Below, in pieces: positions 1-7,452 of a DNA stretch of 28,839 nt; within the stretch, counting starts at the first letter, position 1, and every line of letters starts with the position of its first letter. The DNA lies in IMG/VR virus record IMGVR_UViG_3300033067_000694, positions 1 through 28,839 of that record, one strand, 5' to 3'. A program made the position numbers and the translations under genes. The notes beneath the pieces were generated by a model. It did not search any database and was not told where the DNA came from. It saw nothing but the letters and a program-made list of their open reading frames with translations. The DNA comes from a virus (Duplodnaviria; Caudoviricetes).

Positions 1-20
1 ACATGCTTCGCTGCGGTCGT

Positions 21-79
21 CCGTATCCCAGGTAGGACCCAACCGGGGGGGTACCCCTACCTAACGGCGTCGGATACGG
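21..79. repeat. Nested inverted repeats / possible stem-loop at window end, containing a cosQ-like GGGTCCT (minus strand, 34-40)
   Basis: ccgtatcc(21-28)/ggatacgg(72-79), aggtagg(30-36)/cctacct(56-62), palindrome ggggtacccc (48-57); aggaccc at 34-40 reads GGGTCCT on minus. Confidence 0.6.
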
Positions 80-219
80 CCAAATACGCGCGTTCGGTGC
101 CCAACGGATGCCGAATCCATGCGGTTCGGCGTCGATTCGTGTGGCTTCTGGAAGGTTGCGTGCATACGGTGTCGCTTTATTCGGTGTCGGTGAGGGAGCA
201 GGTCAAGTGCCTGTGTGTC

Positions 220-981
220 TCAGACCGTGCCGCGTGCGGCCTCGCGCTTGATCCAGTCCAGACAGAGGCGAGCCCGCTGCATGCCGTTGTCCTTGGTGTC
301 GCACGAACCCCACCAGATCACGTCTAGGCCAAGGTCCTGTGCGAGCCGCCACTGTTCGCGTAGCTCCAAGGCGCTGGCCCACGCGCCGCCGTCGTGAACG
401 ATGTTGCAGACGGCGTACATGGGTCGCGTGCGTGGGTAGCGGGCAATGCTGGCGAGTGTGGCCTGCCTGTACGCTGCTGGTGTCTGCTCATGCTCACCAT
501 CGGCCCAGCACTCGGCGTTGATGCGCTTGATCGGGCGTAGGCATGGCGACGTGAAGTGCATCAGGTCGGACAGGTCGGGCCTGTCATAGAAGCCGAAGGT
601 GGCGTATGGACACGCGAGCTTGAGCGCGTCGCACACTGGCTCCCAGAAGGTGCGTGCCGCCGGCGTGCTGAGTGGGATGCTTTCGACGTTCAGCACGATC
701 GGCCCGCGATGGTTGGCGTAAGTGCGTGCGAACCATTCGCCCATGCCCTGTGCCGCGGCGTTCCTGTCCGCTGCTTCCCATGCCCCGCCGTTGATGAGAA
801 CGTCGCGCCCGTCGTTGCCCTTGAACTTGTGCGGCAGGATGCCAGCGCCGTTGCTGGCCTTGGGCTGCTCCTGGTACACGATGGGGATGTGCGGGAGCGG
901 CCACGGTCGCGCGCTGGCGACGGTGGCGTTCAGTGCGGCGGATCGGCCTATCAGGGCCTCGTAGTGGGTGCAGGTTCTCAC
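220..981 (-). CDS. Putative glycoside hydrolase, hyaluronidase/GH56-like TIM barrel (253 aa)
   Basis: GTG start at 981 with GGAGG RBS and GTGA overlap with the upstream ORF; motifs IVLNVES, PYATFGFY, FTSPCL, LGLDVIWWGS occur in the order of GH56 VIDWE, WGYY, LYPSIY, GxVxWGS. Confidence 0.45.
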   Translation of the reverse strand: MRTCTHYEALIGRSAALNATVASARPWPLPHIPIVYQEQPKASNGAGILPHKFKGNDGRDVLINGGAWEAADRNAAAQGMGEWFARTYANHRGPIVLNVESIPLSTPAARTFWEPVCDALKLACPYATFGFYDRPDLSDLMHFTSPCLRPIKRINAECWADGEHEQTPAAYRQATLASIARYPRTRPMYAVCNIVHDGGAWASALELREQWRLAQDLGLDVIWWGSCDTKDNGMQRARLCLDWIKREAARGTV

Positions 982-1139
982 GGTGCCTCCGGCTTCTGGG
1001 TGTGGGCGTTGACGCCAAGGCGCCGGCAGATCCAGGCGGCGAGCTCGAGGACGTAGAGGGCGACGGAGAGGCGACGCAGCCCCTTGGTCTTGATGGTGAG
1101 CTCGATTGAGTCGCCCTGTATCACTTCCCAAGTCGGCAT
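978..1139 (-). CDS. 53-aa protein MPTWEVIQGDSIELTIKTKGLRRLSVALYVLELAAWICRRLGVNAHTQKPEAP; first 10 aa identical to the MTase at 3712-4791
   Basis: Translated by hand (below ORF-track cutoff); ATG at 1139 just after the stop of 1143..1523, TGA at 978-980 overlaps the next GTG; fills the operon gap exactly. Confidence 0.7.
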   Translation of the reverse strand: MPTWEVIQGDSIELTIKTKGLRRLSVALYVLELAAWICRRLGVNAHTQKPEAP

Positions 1140-1142
1140 ACT
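1109..1142. repeat. 34-bp direct repeat, copy 1 (agtcgccctgtatcacttcccaagtcggcatact)
   Basis: Identical to 4761-4794; similarity continues into cacccct after a 1-bp indel. Confidence 0.95.
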
Positions 1143-1523
1143 TCACCCCTTCAACCGCCGCGCCAGCCGCTTCCATGCGGCCTTCACGGAGCGGATACAC
1201 CCACAACCAGCGAACGAGTCAACGAACTCGGCCAACTCGCGCCGGTCGTCGATGCACAGATAAAGCCACAGCCGCAGCGGGAATGGTACGCCTGACCACG
1301 CCACACGCGCCCACCGCACGCGGCCCCGCTTGTCCGGGTGACACCCGCGCGGGCATGGCTCGCCGTTAATGTGAAGCGTGACGGGGCGGCCAGAGCGCGG
1401 GCAGTACGGGCGGTTGCCGTTGCACACGGCGCACATGCCGCGGCGGGTGCGGGCCTTGGCCTTGGCCGCGCGGCAACAGGGCTTTGGGGTCCGTGCGACT
1501 GCGGCGGGACCGATGCGGGTCAT
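1143..1523 (-). CDS. Cys-rich basic hypothetical protein (126 aa), possible metal binding
   Basis: ATGA coupling with 1520..2515; CC, CAVC, CPxxC and GCGC motifs. Confidence 0.7.
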   Translation of the reverse strand: MTRIGPAAVARTPKPCCRAAKAKARTRRGMCAVCNGNRPYCPRSGRPVTLHINGEPCPRGCHPDKRGRVRWARVAWSGVPFPLRLWLYLCIDDRRELAEFVDSFAGCGCIRSVKAAWKRLARRLKG

Positions 1524-2515
1524 AGACCACCCAACGCGCCACGCCCGGCGTCACAGCCCGCAAGCACCGTGATCTGTGTTGACCAGTTGTACGTCTGCGT
1601 CGCGCCGCCCACGTCGAACGGTCGGAGGATCAGGCCAAGGCTCGGATCGTCGTACGGCTCCAGCCCGCGAAGCGTCCAGTTGAACTCTGCCGCTTGCTCG
1701 CTTCCGTCGCAATCGTTCGCGCCGGTCGTCGCGCCGGACACTTCGTTGTAGCTCTGGGGCAGGAAGTCAAGGCCGATGACCTGGTTGGATATGTCGTACA
1801 TCGGCACGCGGTCATACGCAAACAGCAGAGAGCCGGACGGGTGCGACTCTGAACACGCGGTGACAGGCGCGGTGATTGGCGGGAACAGCCCTCGCAGCGG
1901 CTCCACGATGCTCGCAAGCGAGCCGAGGTAGCTGGTCAGGCGTCCGACGGCGGGGAACGTGCGGGTCAAATCCGCCTTGTCACCAAACCCGCCGCTGCCC
2001 GCGATTTCATCCGCCCACGTCACAGAGTCCGAGTACAGGCGATTGTCCCACGCGCCGGATTGGTACCCGTAGTAGTTCAGGCTGTAGCTGAACGTCCCGC
2101 TCGTGCGACGTTCCACGTTGCCATCGACACACCGCACCGACACGTTGGCGTTCAGGTTCCACGAGAAATCAATCAGCACACCGTCTTCTGGCGGCGGATC
2201 GGGCACGAACTCGGGGCCTGCCGAGCCGGTGAACAGCCCCGCCGTCGTCTCATTCGCAATGAACCAGAACCCGTCGGCGATGGTCGAGAGCGTGCTACCC
2301 GATGCGTCGATGTCAACGGTGTACTCAAGCGCCTCGCAGTTGTACTCGGTGCCCGTGCCGGGGCACGCCGTAACCGTTCGGTACTCGCACTCGCACGGAT
2401 CGCCGCTGCCGCCGCCGCCGCAGCAGCATGGATCGCCAGCGTTGGCAAGGATGACGCGACCACTCGCGTCCAAGCGGACGCGCCCGTGGGCGTCGAGTTG
2501 CACCCCTAGTGCCAT
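1520..2515 (-). CDS. Acidic virion-associated hypothetical protein with N-terminal CCC-Gly5 segment (331 aa)
   Basis: Full ORF in the tail-distal operon; DPCCCGGGGSGDPCECE N-terminus, D/E/S/T/G-rich. Confidence 0.7.
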   Translation of the reverse strand: MALGVQLDAHGRVRLDASGRVILANAGDPCCCGGGGSGDPCECEYRTVTACPGTGTEYNCEALEYTVDIDASGSTLSTIADGFWFIANETTAGLFTGSAGPEFVPDPPPEDGVLIDFSWNLNANVSVRCVDGNVERRTSGTFSYSLNYYGYQSGAWDNRLYSDSVTWADEIAGSGGFGDKADLTRTFPAVGRLTSYLGSLASIVEPLRGLFPPITAPVTACSESHPSGSLLFAYDRVPMYDISNQVIGLDFLPQSYNEVSGATTGANDCDGSEQAAEFNWTLRGLEPYDDPSLGLILRPFDVGGATQTYNWSTQITVLAGCDAGRGALGGL

Positions 2516-2518
2516 GGC

Positions 2519-3331
2519 TTAGACGTACACGCGCTTTGCCGCTCCATACGGGGCGGTCAGCGATCCCCACGTCGGCTCGGCCTGGTTCTGCCGCAGGCGG
2601 ATCGTCAAGCCCGGGTGGTGCACGGACGTGGTGAACACGGGCAGGCGCTCGGCCTTGGTCAGATCCAACACGCCCGCGTAGCCGTTGAAGTTGGTGATGG
2701 TCGTGGCGTTGACAAGGGTGAGCGTGCCACCGTGCATCGTGGCGGTCGTCGCCGTGATGGTGGACGACGCAAGGGTCGCCCGGCCAGTGCCGCGCACGTT
2801 CAGCGTGGTGAAGTCTCGGGCGATGATCGCGTCGCCTTGGTTCACCTCGATGAGCGTCGCCGGGTAGCTCGCATCCTCGTAGAGTGAGAGGGTCGCGTTC
2901 GGCCCGTCCACCACGTAGGTATGCACGTCGGCAGAGGTGCCGACGATGAGCGTGCCCGACGTGACGACGGCGTATTGGGTGTCGGCGTAGGTCAGGCTCA
3001 TCACGCCCGAGCCCGCCTGGATCACGGTGTAAATCACGCCCGACGCCGACGTGGACCGGATGTCGATGCGCGACGACGGTGAGCGGTTCGTCACGATGCC
3101 CGTGCTGGTCTGGTTGACCACCAGCGTGAGCCCGCCACTATCGGCCACAGACAGGGTGCCGCGGAACCCCTCGGTGAGCGTAACGGCGGTCAGGTCAGCG
3201 GCGGACAGGTCGCCGCCCGCCGTGTACTTCACCGCGTCCTGTTGGAAGATGACCGTATCGGCCGCGCTGATAGTGCCGCCAAGGGCCGTGGTGACGTTGG
3301 CGTTGACGACGGTGTTGTAACGAGTGGCCAT
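2519..3331 (-). CDS. Putative tail spike/adhesin with beta-helix-like composition (270 aa)
   Basis: AAGGA RBS; Thr/Val/Gly-rich short strands (GTLIVG, GTLTLV, GVLDLT) resembling beta-solenoids; tail-distal position. Confidence 0.5.
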   Translation of the reverse strand: MATRYNTVVNANVTTALGGTISAADTVIFQQDAVKYTAGGDLSAADLTAVTLTEGFRGTLSVADSGGLTLVVNQTSTGIVTNRSPSSRIDIRSTSASGVIYTVIQAGSGVMSLTYADTQYAVVTSGTLIVGTSADVHTYVVDGPNATLSLYEDASYPATLIEVNQGDAIIARDFTTLNVRGTGRATLASSTITATTATMHGGTLTLVNATTITNFNGYAGVLDLTKAERLPVFTTSVHHPGLTIRLRQNQAEPTWGSLTAPYGAAKRVYV

Positions 3332-3340
3332 GGTGGTTCC

Positions 3341-3715
3341 TTATGGGATGAACGGGATCGCGCCCGCGAGTTCAGTGGGGCGCGTCGTGCGGGTGCTTTC
3401 GGTCGTGAGTTGGACGGTGAGGTACGTTCCGGCGTCGGTCGTGCCGCCGACGTGGTACACCTCAAGTTCGACGACGCCAGCAAGCTCGTCCTCTGTGAAC
3501 GATGCCGACGGTGCAGACGCCGTGATGGTGCGGGCCGTGGCGAAGGCGCCACGCACGCCGTTGACCGTTGGCGCGATGATGAGCGTGACGGTTGACCACA
3601 CGCCGAGTTCGGCGGTGGCTTGGACGATCGCGCCAGTCGTGCCGGCGGGGATCTCAAACCGGCAGTTGTCGGCCCGCGCCGCCGCGAATTGGAGCTTGCG
3701 CTGTGTGCGTCTCAT
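3341..3715 (-). CDS. Small beta-rich virion protein, hypothetical (124 aa)
   Basis: ATG 3715 overlaps the MTase TGA (ATGA) with GGAGG RBS. Confidence 0.7.
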   Translation of the reverse strand: MRRTQRKLQFAAARADNCRFEIPAGTTGAIVQATAELGVWSTVTLIIAPTVNGVRGAFATARTITASAPSASFTEDELAGVVELEVYHVGGTTDAGTYLTVQLTTESTRTTRPTELAGAIPFIP

Positions 3716-4791
3716 GGTGTGGCCTCCGCGTAGAGGTGGTTCGCGGCCTCGGCGATTCGGCGGCGGGCGTAATCTGCCCACGCTTCGTCCTTCTCTATGC
3801 CGATGAACGATCGGTCATTGCGGGCACATGCCACGCCCGTAGACCCAGACCCGGCAAAGCAGTCAAGCACGACCGCGCCGGGCCTTGTGCTCGTGCGGAT
3901 GATGTGCTCCATCATGTCCACGGGCTTCTCGCATGGGTGCTTGCCCTTGTACGCCTGCACGGTCTTGAAGGTCCAAACGTCTGTGTATGGCACGTCGGGC
4001 GTTACGGCGAACGGTCGGCGTAGGTCTTCGTACTCGCGGCGTAGGTCTTCGTACTCGCGGCGTAGGTCTTCGTACTCGCGGCGTAGGTCTTCGTACTCGC
4101 GGCGTAGGTCTTCGTACTCGCGGCGTAGGTAGTCGCCGCCGGATTGGTTGAACAAACGCCGCAACGCTTCGTAGTGCTCTTGTGTTGGCAACGCCCACTG
4201 TGACGTCGAGAAGTAATGCCGTGATGCCATGCCTCCAGGCGTTCTGCTGAATCCGCACGCCGCGTTGCAATCGGCCTTATCGACACCTGCGCGACGACGT
4301 TCACCGTCCAAGTACGCCCGCAACGGCTCGAACACGAACCCGCGCAGCTCGTCGCACTTCGCGCCGTACCCGGCCTCACCCTTCGCGGCGTTGTCGGCCC
4401 CGTAGTGCTCGGCGAAGATGACCTCTTCCCACGGCGAAAGAAACGACCGCAACGTCTCTTTGTCGGCCTTGTTGTGCCATCCTGCCTCTTTGATCCATCG
4501 GACCCTATTTAGCACGTTGAACCGCTGGCCGATCCGCACCTCAACCCGCGCGGCCATCTGCGGCGACGCGAAGCAGTACACGCTGCCATTGCTCCGCAGC
4601 ACGCGGTACCACTCGTCGATGATCGACGACAGCCAATCGAGGTACGCGCCATCGTGCCCCCACTGCCGATCCCATGCCTCTGACTTCACGCGGAAATACG
4701 GCGGGTCCGTCGCTACAGCATCCACGCTCGCGTCCGGCATCGACCGCAGCACTTCCAAGCAGTCGCCCTGTATCACTTCCCAAGTCGGCAT
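3712..4791 (-). CDS. DNA methyltransferase, N6/N4 beta-class (probably m6A), 359 aa, with a (RREYEDL)x5 heptad insert
   Basis: GDCLEVL, TDPPY catalytic motif, HPCEKP, VLDCFAGSGSTG SAM-binding motif, FIGIE; true start ATG 4791. Confidence 0.92.
   Translation of the reverse strand: MPTWEVIQGDCLEVLRSMPDASVDAVATDPPYFRVKSEAWDRQWGHDGAYLDWLSSIIDEWYRVLRSNGSVYCFASPQMAARVEVRIGQRFNVLNRVRWIKEAGWHNKADKETLRSFLSPWEEVIFAEHYGADNAAKGEAGYGAKCDELRGFVFEPLRAYLDGERRRAGVDKADCNAACGFSRTPGGMASRHYFSTSQWALPTQEHYEALRRLFNQSGGDYLRREYEDLRREYEDLRREYEDLRREYEDLRREYEDLRRPFAVTPDVPYTDVWTFKTVQAYKGKHPCEKPVDMMEHIIRTSTRPGAVVLDCFAGSGSTGVACARNDRSFIGIEKDEAWADYARRRIAEAANHLYAEATP
4016..4130. repeat. Perfect 21-bp tandem repeat x5 plus a 10-bp partial copy (cggcgtaggtcttcgtactcg)
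   Basis: Units start at 4016, 4037, 4058, 4079, 4100; partial 4121-4130; encodes REYEDLR. Confidence 0.97.
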
Positions 4792-4794
4792 ACT
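4761..4794. repeat. 34-bp direct repeat, copy 2 (MTase start and first 10 codons)
   Basis: Identical to 1109-1142. Confidence 0.95.
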
Positions 4795-5234
4795 CACCCC
4801 TCGCATGGCGCGCCAATGGGCCGCTCGGTTAAGGTCCAAAGGTCGTCGGTTGAGGTGCCGTCGTCGTTTGTGATTCGGACGATGAAGCACAGATCGCCGA
4901 CCTCTGCCGGTTGCACCGCCGCGCCCGCCGCGATCCCGTCGCGCCCGTACTTGGGCAGCTTGGCCGTGACCTTGGCGCTGGCAACGCCGATCGCTACCGC
5001 GTCGTACACCACGCCCGAGTCCATCAGCGTCGGCGGGTCGGTCTGGGTCGGTGCCGCCGTGATGCGGGCGGGCAGGGCGTACTTGGCCAGCGCGAAGGCA
5101 AGCGACAGGATCGAACCCGTCGGAGTCTGTTGCAGTTGCAGGCCGGGGCCAACGGCGGAGATGGACCGCGCGATGAGCGCGTTGAAGTCCGCCGCCGCGA
5201 TCGGGTCGCCGGGTTGGACGGGTGCCAAGGTCAT
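4794..5234 (-). CDS. Minor tail / tail-tip protein, hypothetical (146 aa)
   Basis: ATGA-coupled to 5231..6106; N-terminal PVQPGDPIAAADFNAL resembles phage fibre/baseplate N-termini. Confidence 0.6.
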   Translation of the reverse strand: MTLAPVQPGDPIAAADFNALIARSISAVGPGLQLQQTPTGSILSLAFALAKYALPARITAAPTQTDPPTLMDSGVVYDAVAIGVASAKVTAKLPKYGRDGIAAGAAVQPAEVGDLCFIVRITNDDGTSTDDLWTLTERPIGAPCEG

Positions 5235-6106
5235 GGCCAGATCCCCGTGAAGTCCGCATCACGGTACAGGCGGTCGTACCAGTAGCGCCCGTTCGGCTCG
5301 CCCGCCGCGTTCTGCGCCTGCCAGATGTGATCGTGATGCTCGGACAGGCTGAGGGCGTGCGTGACGCGCAGGAGAGGCGTCGGCAGGCCGTCAACCCCGG
5401 GCGCGCCGGAGAGTTCAACCGTCGGGCTCCAGCCGCGGTATCGGACCTGCCACGCATCGAAGTTGATTCGCTGGGTGGATCGGTCCAACGGCGGCAGGGA
5501 CACGGCGGCGTTGTTCAGCTTGTTCGGCCGCATCAGCCGCGTCAGTCGCGCGTAGTCCGGCGCTTGGTTCGCCGCGTACCACACGCTGACGCTGGCACTG
5601 AGCGTGCCGATCTCGATGGACGTGCCTTCCCCGTTGTTGATCGGGGTTTCGTCGATCGTGATGCCGGGAACGAGCACGCCGTTCTCATCGACGGCCCACC
5701 GCTTGAGCGTGCCGCCGTCCGACACCGGGTAGTAAATCGTCTGCTGCTCGGTGGACCCGGCAATCTCGGTCATGGCGTCGCCGGGGGCGCGGTAAAGCGT
5801 CGTCTCCGCCGTGCCAAATCGCGGCGAGTCATACTGAATCTGGACGATCCAGAACCGCATCCCGTTGTCGGTGCGGCCCTCGTAGCAGATCGGATTTCCA
5901 ACACTGCGGCACACCGCGCCGACGGTTGGGGACCACTTGTCGCCGACGCGCGGCAGGCCCGGCGTGTTGATCGCCTCGCCGATGTCGTCGGCCTGCACCA
6001 TGGCATACCGCGTCCCCTCGTAGCCGTCGGCGGACAGCGTGAGCGAAGAGACGTGACCATTCACGCCGTCTTCCAAGGGGTAACGATGAAGGATTCCGAC
6101 GGCCAT
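5231..6106 (-). CDS. Putative distal tail/hub protein (291 aa)
   Basis: Directly downstream of the tape measure gene (TAATG overlap); function from synteny only. Confidence 0.55.
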   Translation of the reverse strand: MAVGILHRYPLEDGVNGHVSSLTLSADGYEGTRYAMVQADDIGEAINTPGLPRVGDKWSPTVGAVCRSVGNPICYEGRTDNGMRFWIVQIQYDSPRFGTAETTLYRAPGDAMTEIAGSTEQQTIYYPVSDGGTLKRWAVDENGVLVPGITIDETPINNGEGTSIEIGTLSASVSVWYAANQAPDYARLTRLMRPNKLNNAAVSLPPLDRSTQRINFDAWQVRYRGWSPTVELSGAPGVDGLPTPLLRVTHALSLSEHHDHIWQAQNAAGEPNGRYWYDRLYRDADFTGIWP

Positions 6107-7401
6107 TAGTTGAACCTCGCTCCACCGCCGCCGGCCTTGAGCGTGCGGTCGATGGACTTGAGGGTGGTGAGCGACTGAACGGCGACGTTCTGGCCAGGCC
6201 CTTGGGCGAACGCTTGGGCACCAAGGCCAGCGACACCGGCCAGCCCGCTCGTGAGCATGCCCGGCGCTTGGTACGTCTGCCGCGCCCGCGTGGTGGTCGA
6301 GCCCGAGATAGCGGACAGGGCCTCAGCCTCCAGCGTGTCCGTGCGGCGGATCAGGGAGTTGCGGGCGATGGTGGAGAGGTTGGGGTCGTTGGCCAAGGCG
6401 TACCGCTGGCGGTCGAACTTCAACCGCTCCTCGGCGATGCGTGCGCCTTCCTCGTCGCCCGCGTTGCGCTGGTTCTCGATGACCATGGCGCGCATCGTGA
6501 ACTCATAGTCCTGCTCGGTCTGCTTGCCAGCGCGAACCTTGGCGGCCTCGGCTTTCAGTTCGGCCTCGGCCTTGGCCTCGATCTGCTCGGCGGTGCGGCG
6601 GGCAAATTCTTCCTCGGCCATCTGGCCCTTGAGGATGCGGTCCTGCACGGCGATGAGCTTGTTGCGGGCCGTCTCTTCCTGCTGGGTGTAGAGCTCGCGC
6701 AGCTCGCGTCCATTGGCAGCGCCGGGGCGGATGCCGCCGCGAAGCCCGGCAATCCTTTGCATCTCAGCCTGATACTCGGCGTTGGCAACACCAAGTTCGT
6801 CGCCGCGGGAACGCATGGAGTTGACGCGCTCAGCGTCGCGCAACTTTGTGACGCGGGGACGGTCAGCTGTTTCGGACGCGAGAATCCTTGTCTCAACAAG
6901 GTTCTGGTACCGAAGCTCAGCCTGCCTGCGATCTTCTGGGCTCTCGATCGAGAACATGGACCGACGAATCGTGCGGCCAAAGTCGCCATCTTCGTTCACG
7001 CGAGACTGGTAACGATCCCACTCAGTTCCGGCCCGCTTCAGCGTCTTGTTCAGGACTCGAACCGCGCCGCTTTCGTCCACATCCTGCCCGATGCGCTCAA
7101 GCAATCCTCCCCAACTGTCCTTGAGTCGGTTGAGAGAATCGGCGGCCTCGTCGCTTCGCTTGGACCACTCAATAAAGCCCTTTGTCGCAAGTCCAACCGA
7201 CGTGGCGACGCCGCCCATGATCGCGCGGGTGGCGTTGAATGTCAGGATCGAACCCATCGTCCGCTGGATTATCGGATCAGCCTTGGAGAATGCACCCTCC
7301 ACGTCTAGGACGGCGCGAGTGCTGTCTTTGCGGAATCGCTCAACGTCCTTGAGCGCCGATTCCATCCGCACGATGATGTCGATTGGAAGTTGACCGCTCA
7401 T
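6106..7401 (-). CDS. Tail tape measure protein, short (431 aa)
   Basis: Follows the G/GT chaperones; helical A/E/R-rich with hydrophobic Gly/Ala stretches and a C-terminal LKSIDRTLK motif. Confidence 0.75.
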   Translation of the reverse strand: MSGQLPIDIIVRMESALKDVERFRKDSTRAVLDVEGAFSKADPIIQRTMGSILTFNATRAIMGGVATSVGLATKGFIEWSKRSDEAADSLNRLKDSWGGLLERIGQDVDESGAVRVLNKTLKRAGTEWDRYQSRVNEDGDFGRTIRRSMFSIESPEDRRQAELRYQNLVETRILASETADRPRVTKLRDAERVNSMRSRGDELGVANAEYQAEMQRIAGLRGGIRPGAANGRELRELYTQQEETARNKLIAVQDRILKGQMAEEEFARRTAEQIEAKAEAELKAEAAKVRAGKQTEQDYEFTMRAMVIENQRNAGDEEGARIAEERLKFDRQRYALANDPNLSTIARNSLIRRTDTLEAEALSAISGSTTTRARQTYQAPGMLTSGLAGVAGLGAQAFAQGPGQNVAVQSLTTLKSIDRTLKAGGGGARFN

Positions 7402-7418
7402 GTTTGGTTTTCTCTCGG

Positions 7419-7446
7419 TTGCGTTCGCCCGGATCGGTGGTAAAGT
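7419..7446 (+). promoter_or_regulatory. Putative sigma70 promoter for the counter-oriented small gene (TTGCGT-16bp-TAAAGT, TG extension), probably leaderless
   Basis: TTGCGT 7419-7424, TGg-TAAAGT ending 7446, ATG 6 nt later at 7453, no SD. Confidence 0.45.
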
Positions 7447-7452
7447 TCACCC

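Noticed and set aside
982-1206. N-terminal extension of ORF 220..1206
   Set aside because: Overlaps the 53-aa ORF and 1143..1523; a better GTG start with RBS exists at 981
4016-4130. Possible CRISPR array
   Set aside because: Head-to-tail 21-bp units with no spacers, in frame within a CDS, and no cas genes
1109-4794. Diversity-generating retroelement TR/VR pair, shufflon or IS target duplication
   Set aside because: Repeats are identical (no A-specific mismatches), direct rather than inverted and only 34 bp; no RT, invertase or transposase in the window
4792-5457. N-terminal extension of the 581-aa MTase ORF
   Set aside because: Overlaps two real tail genes in other frames; the MTase fold begins at ATG 4791
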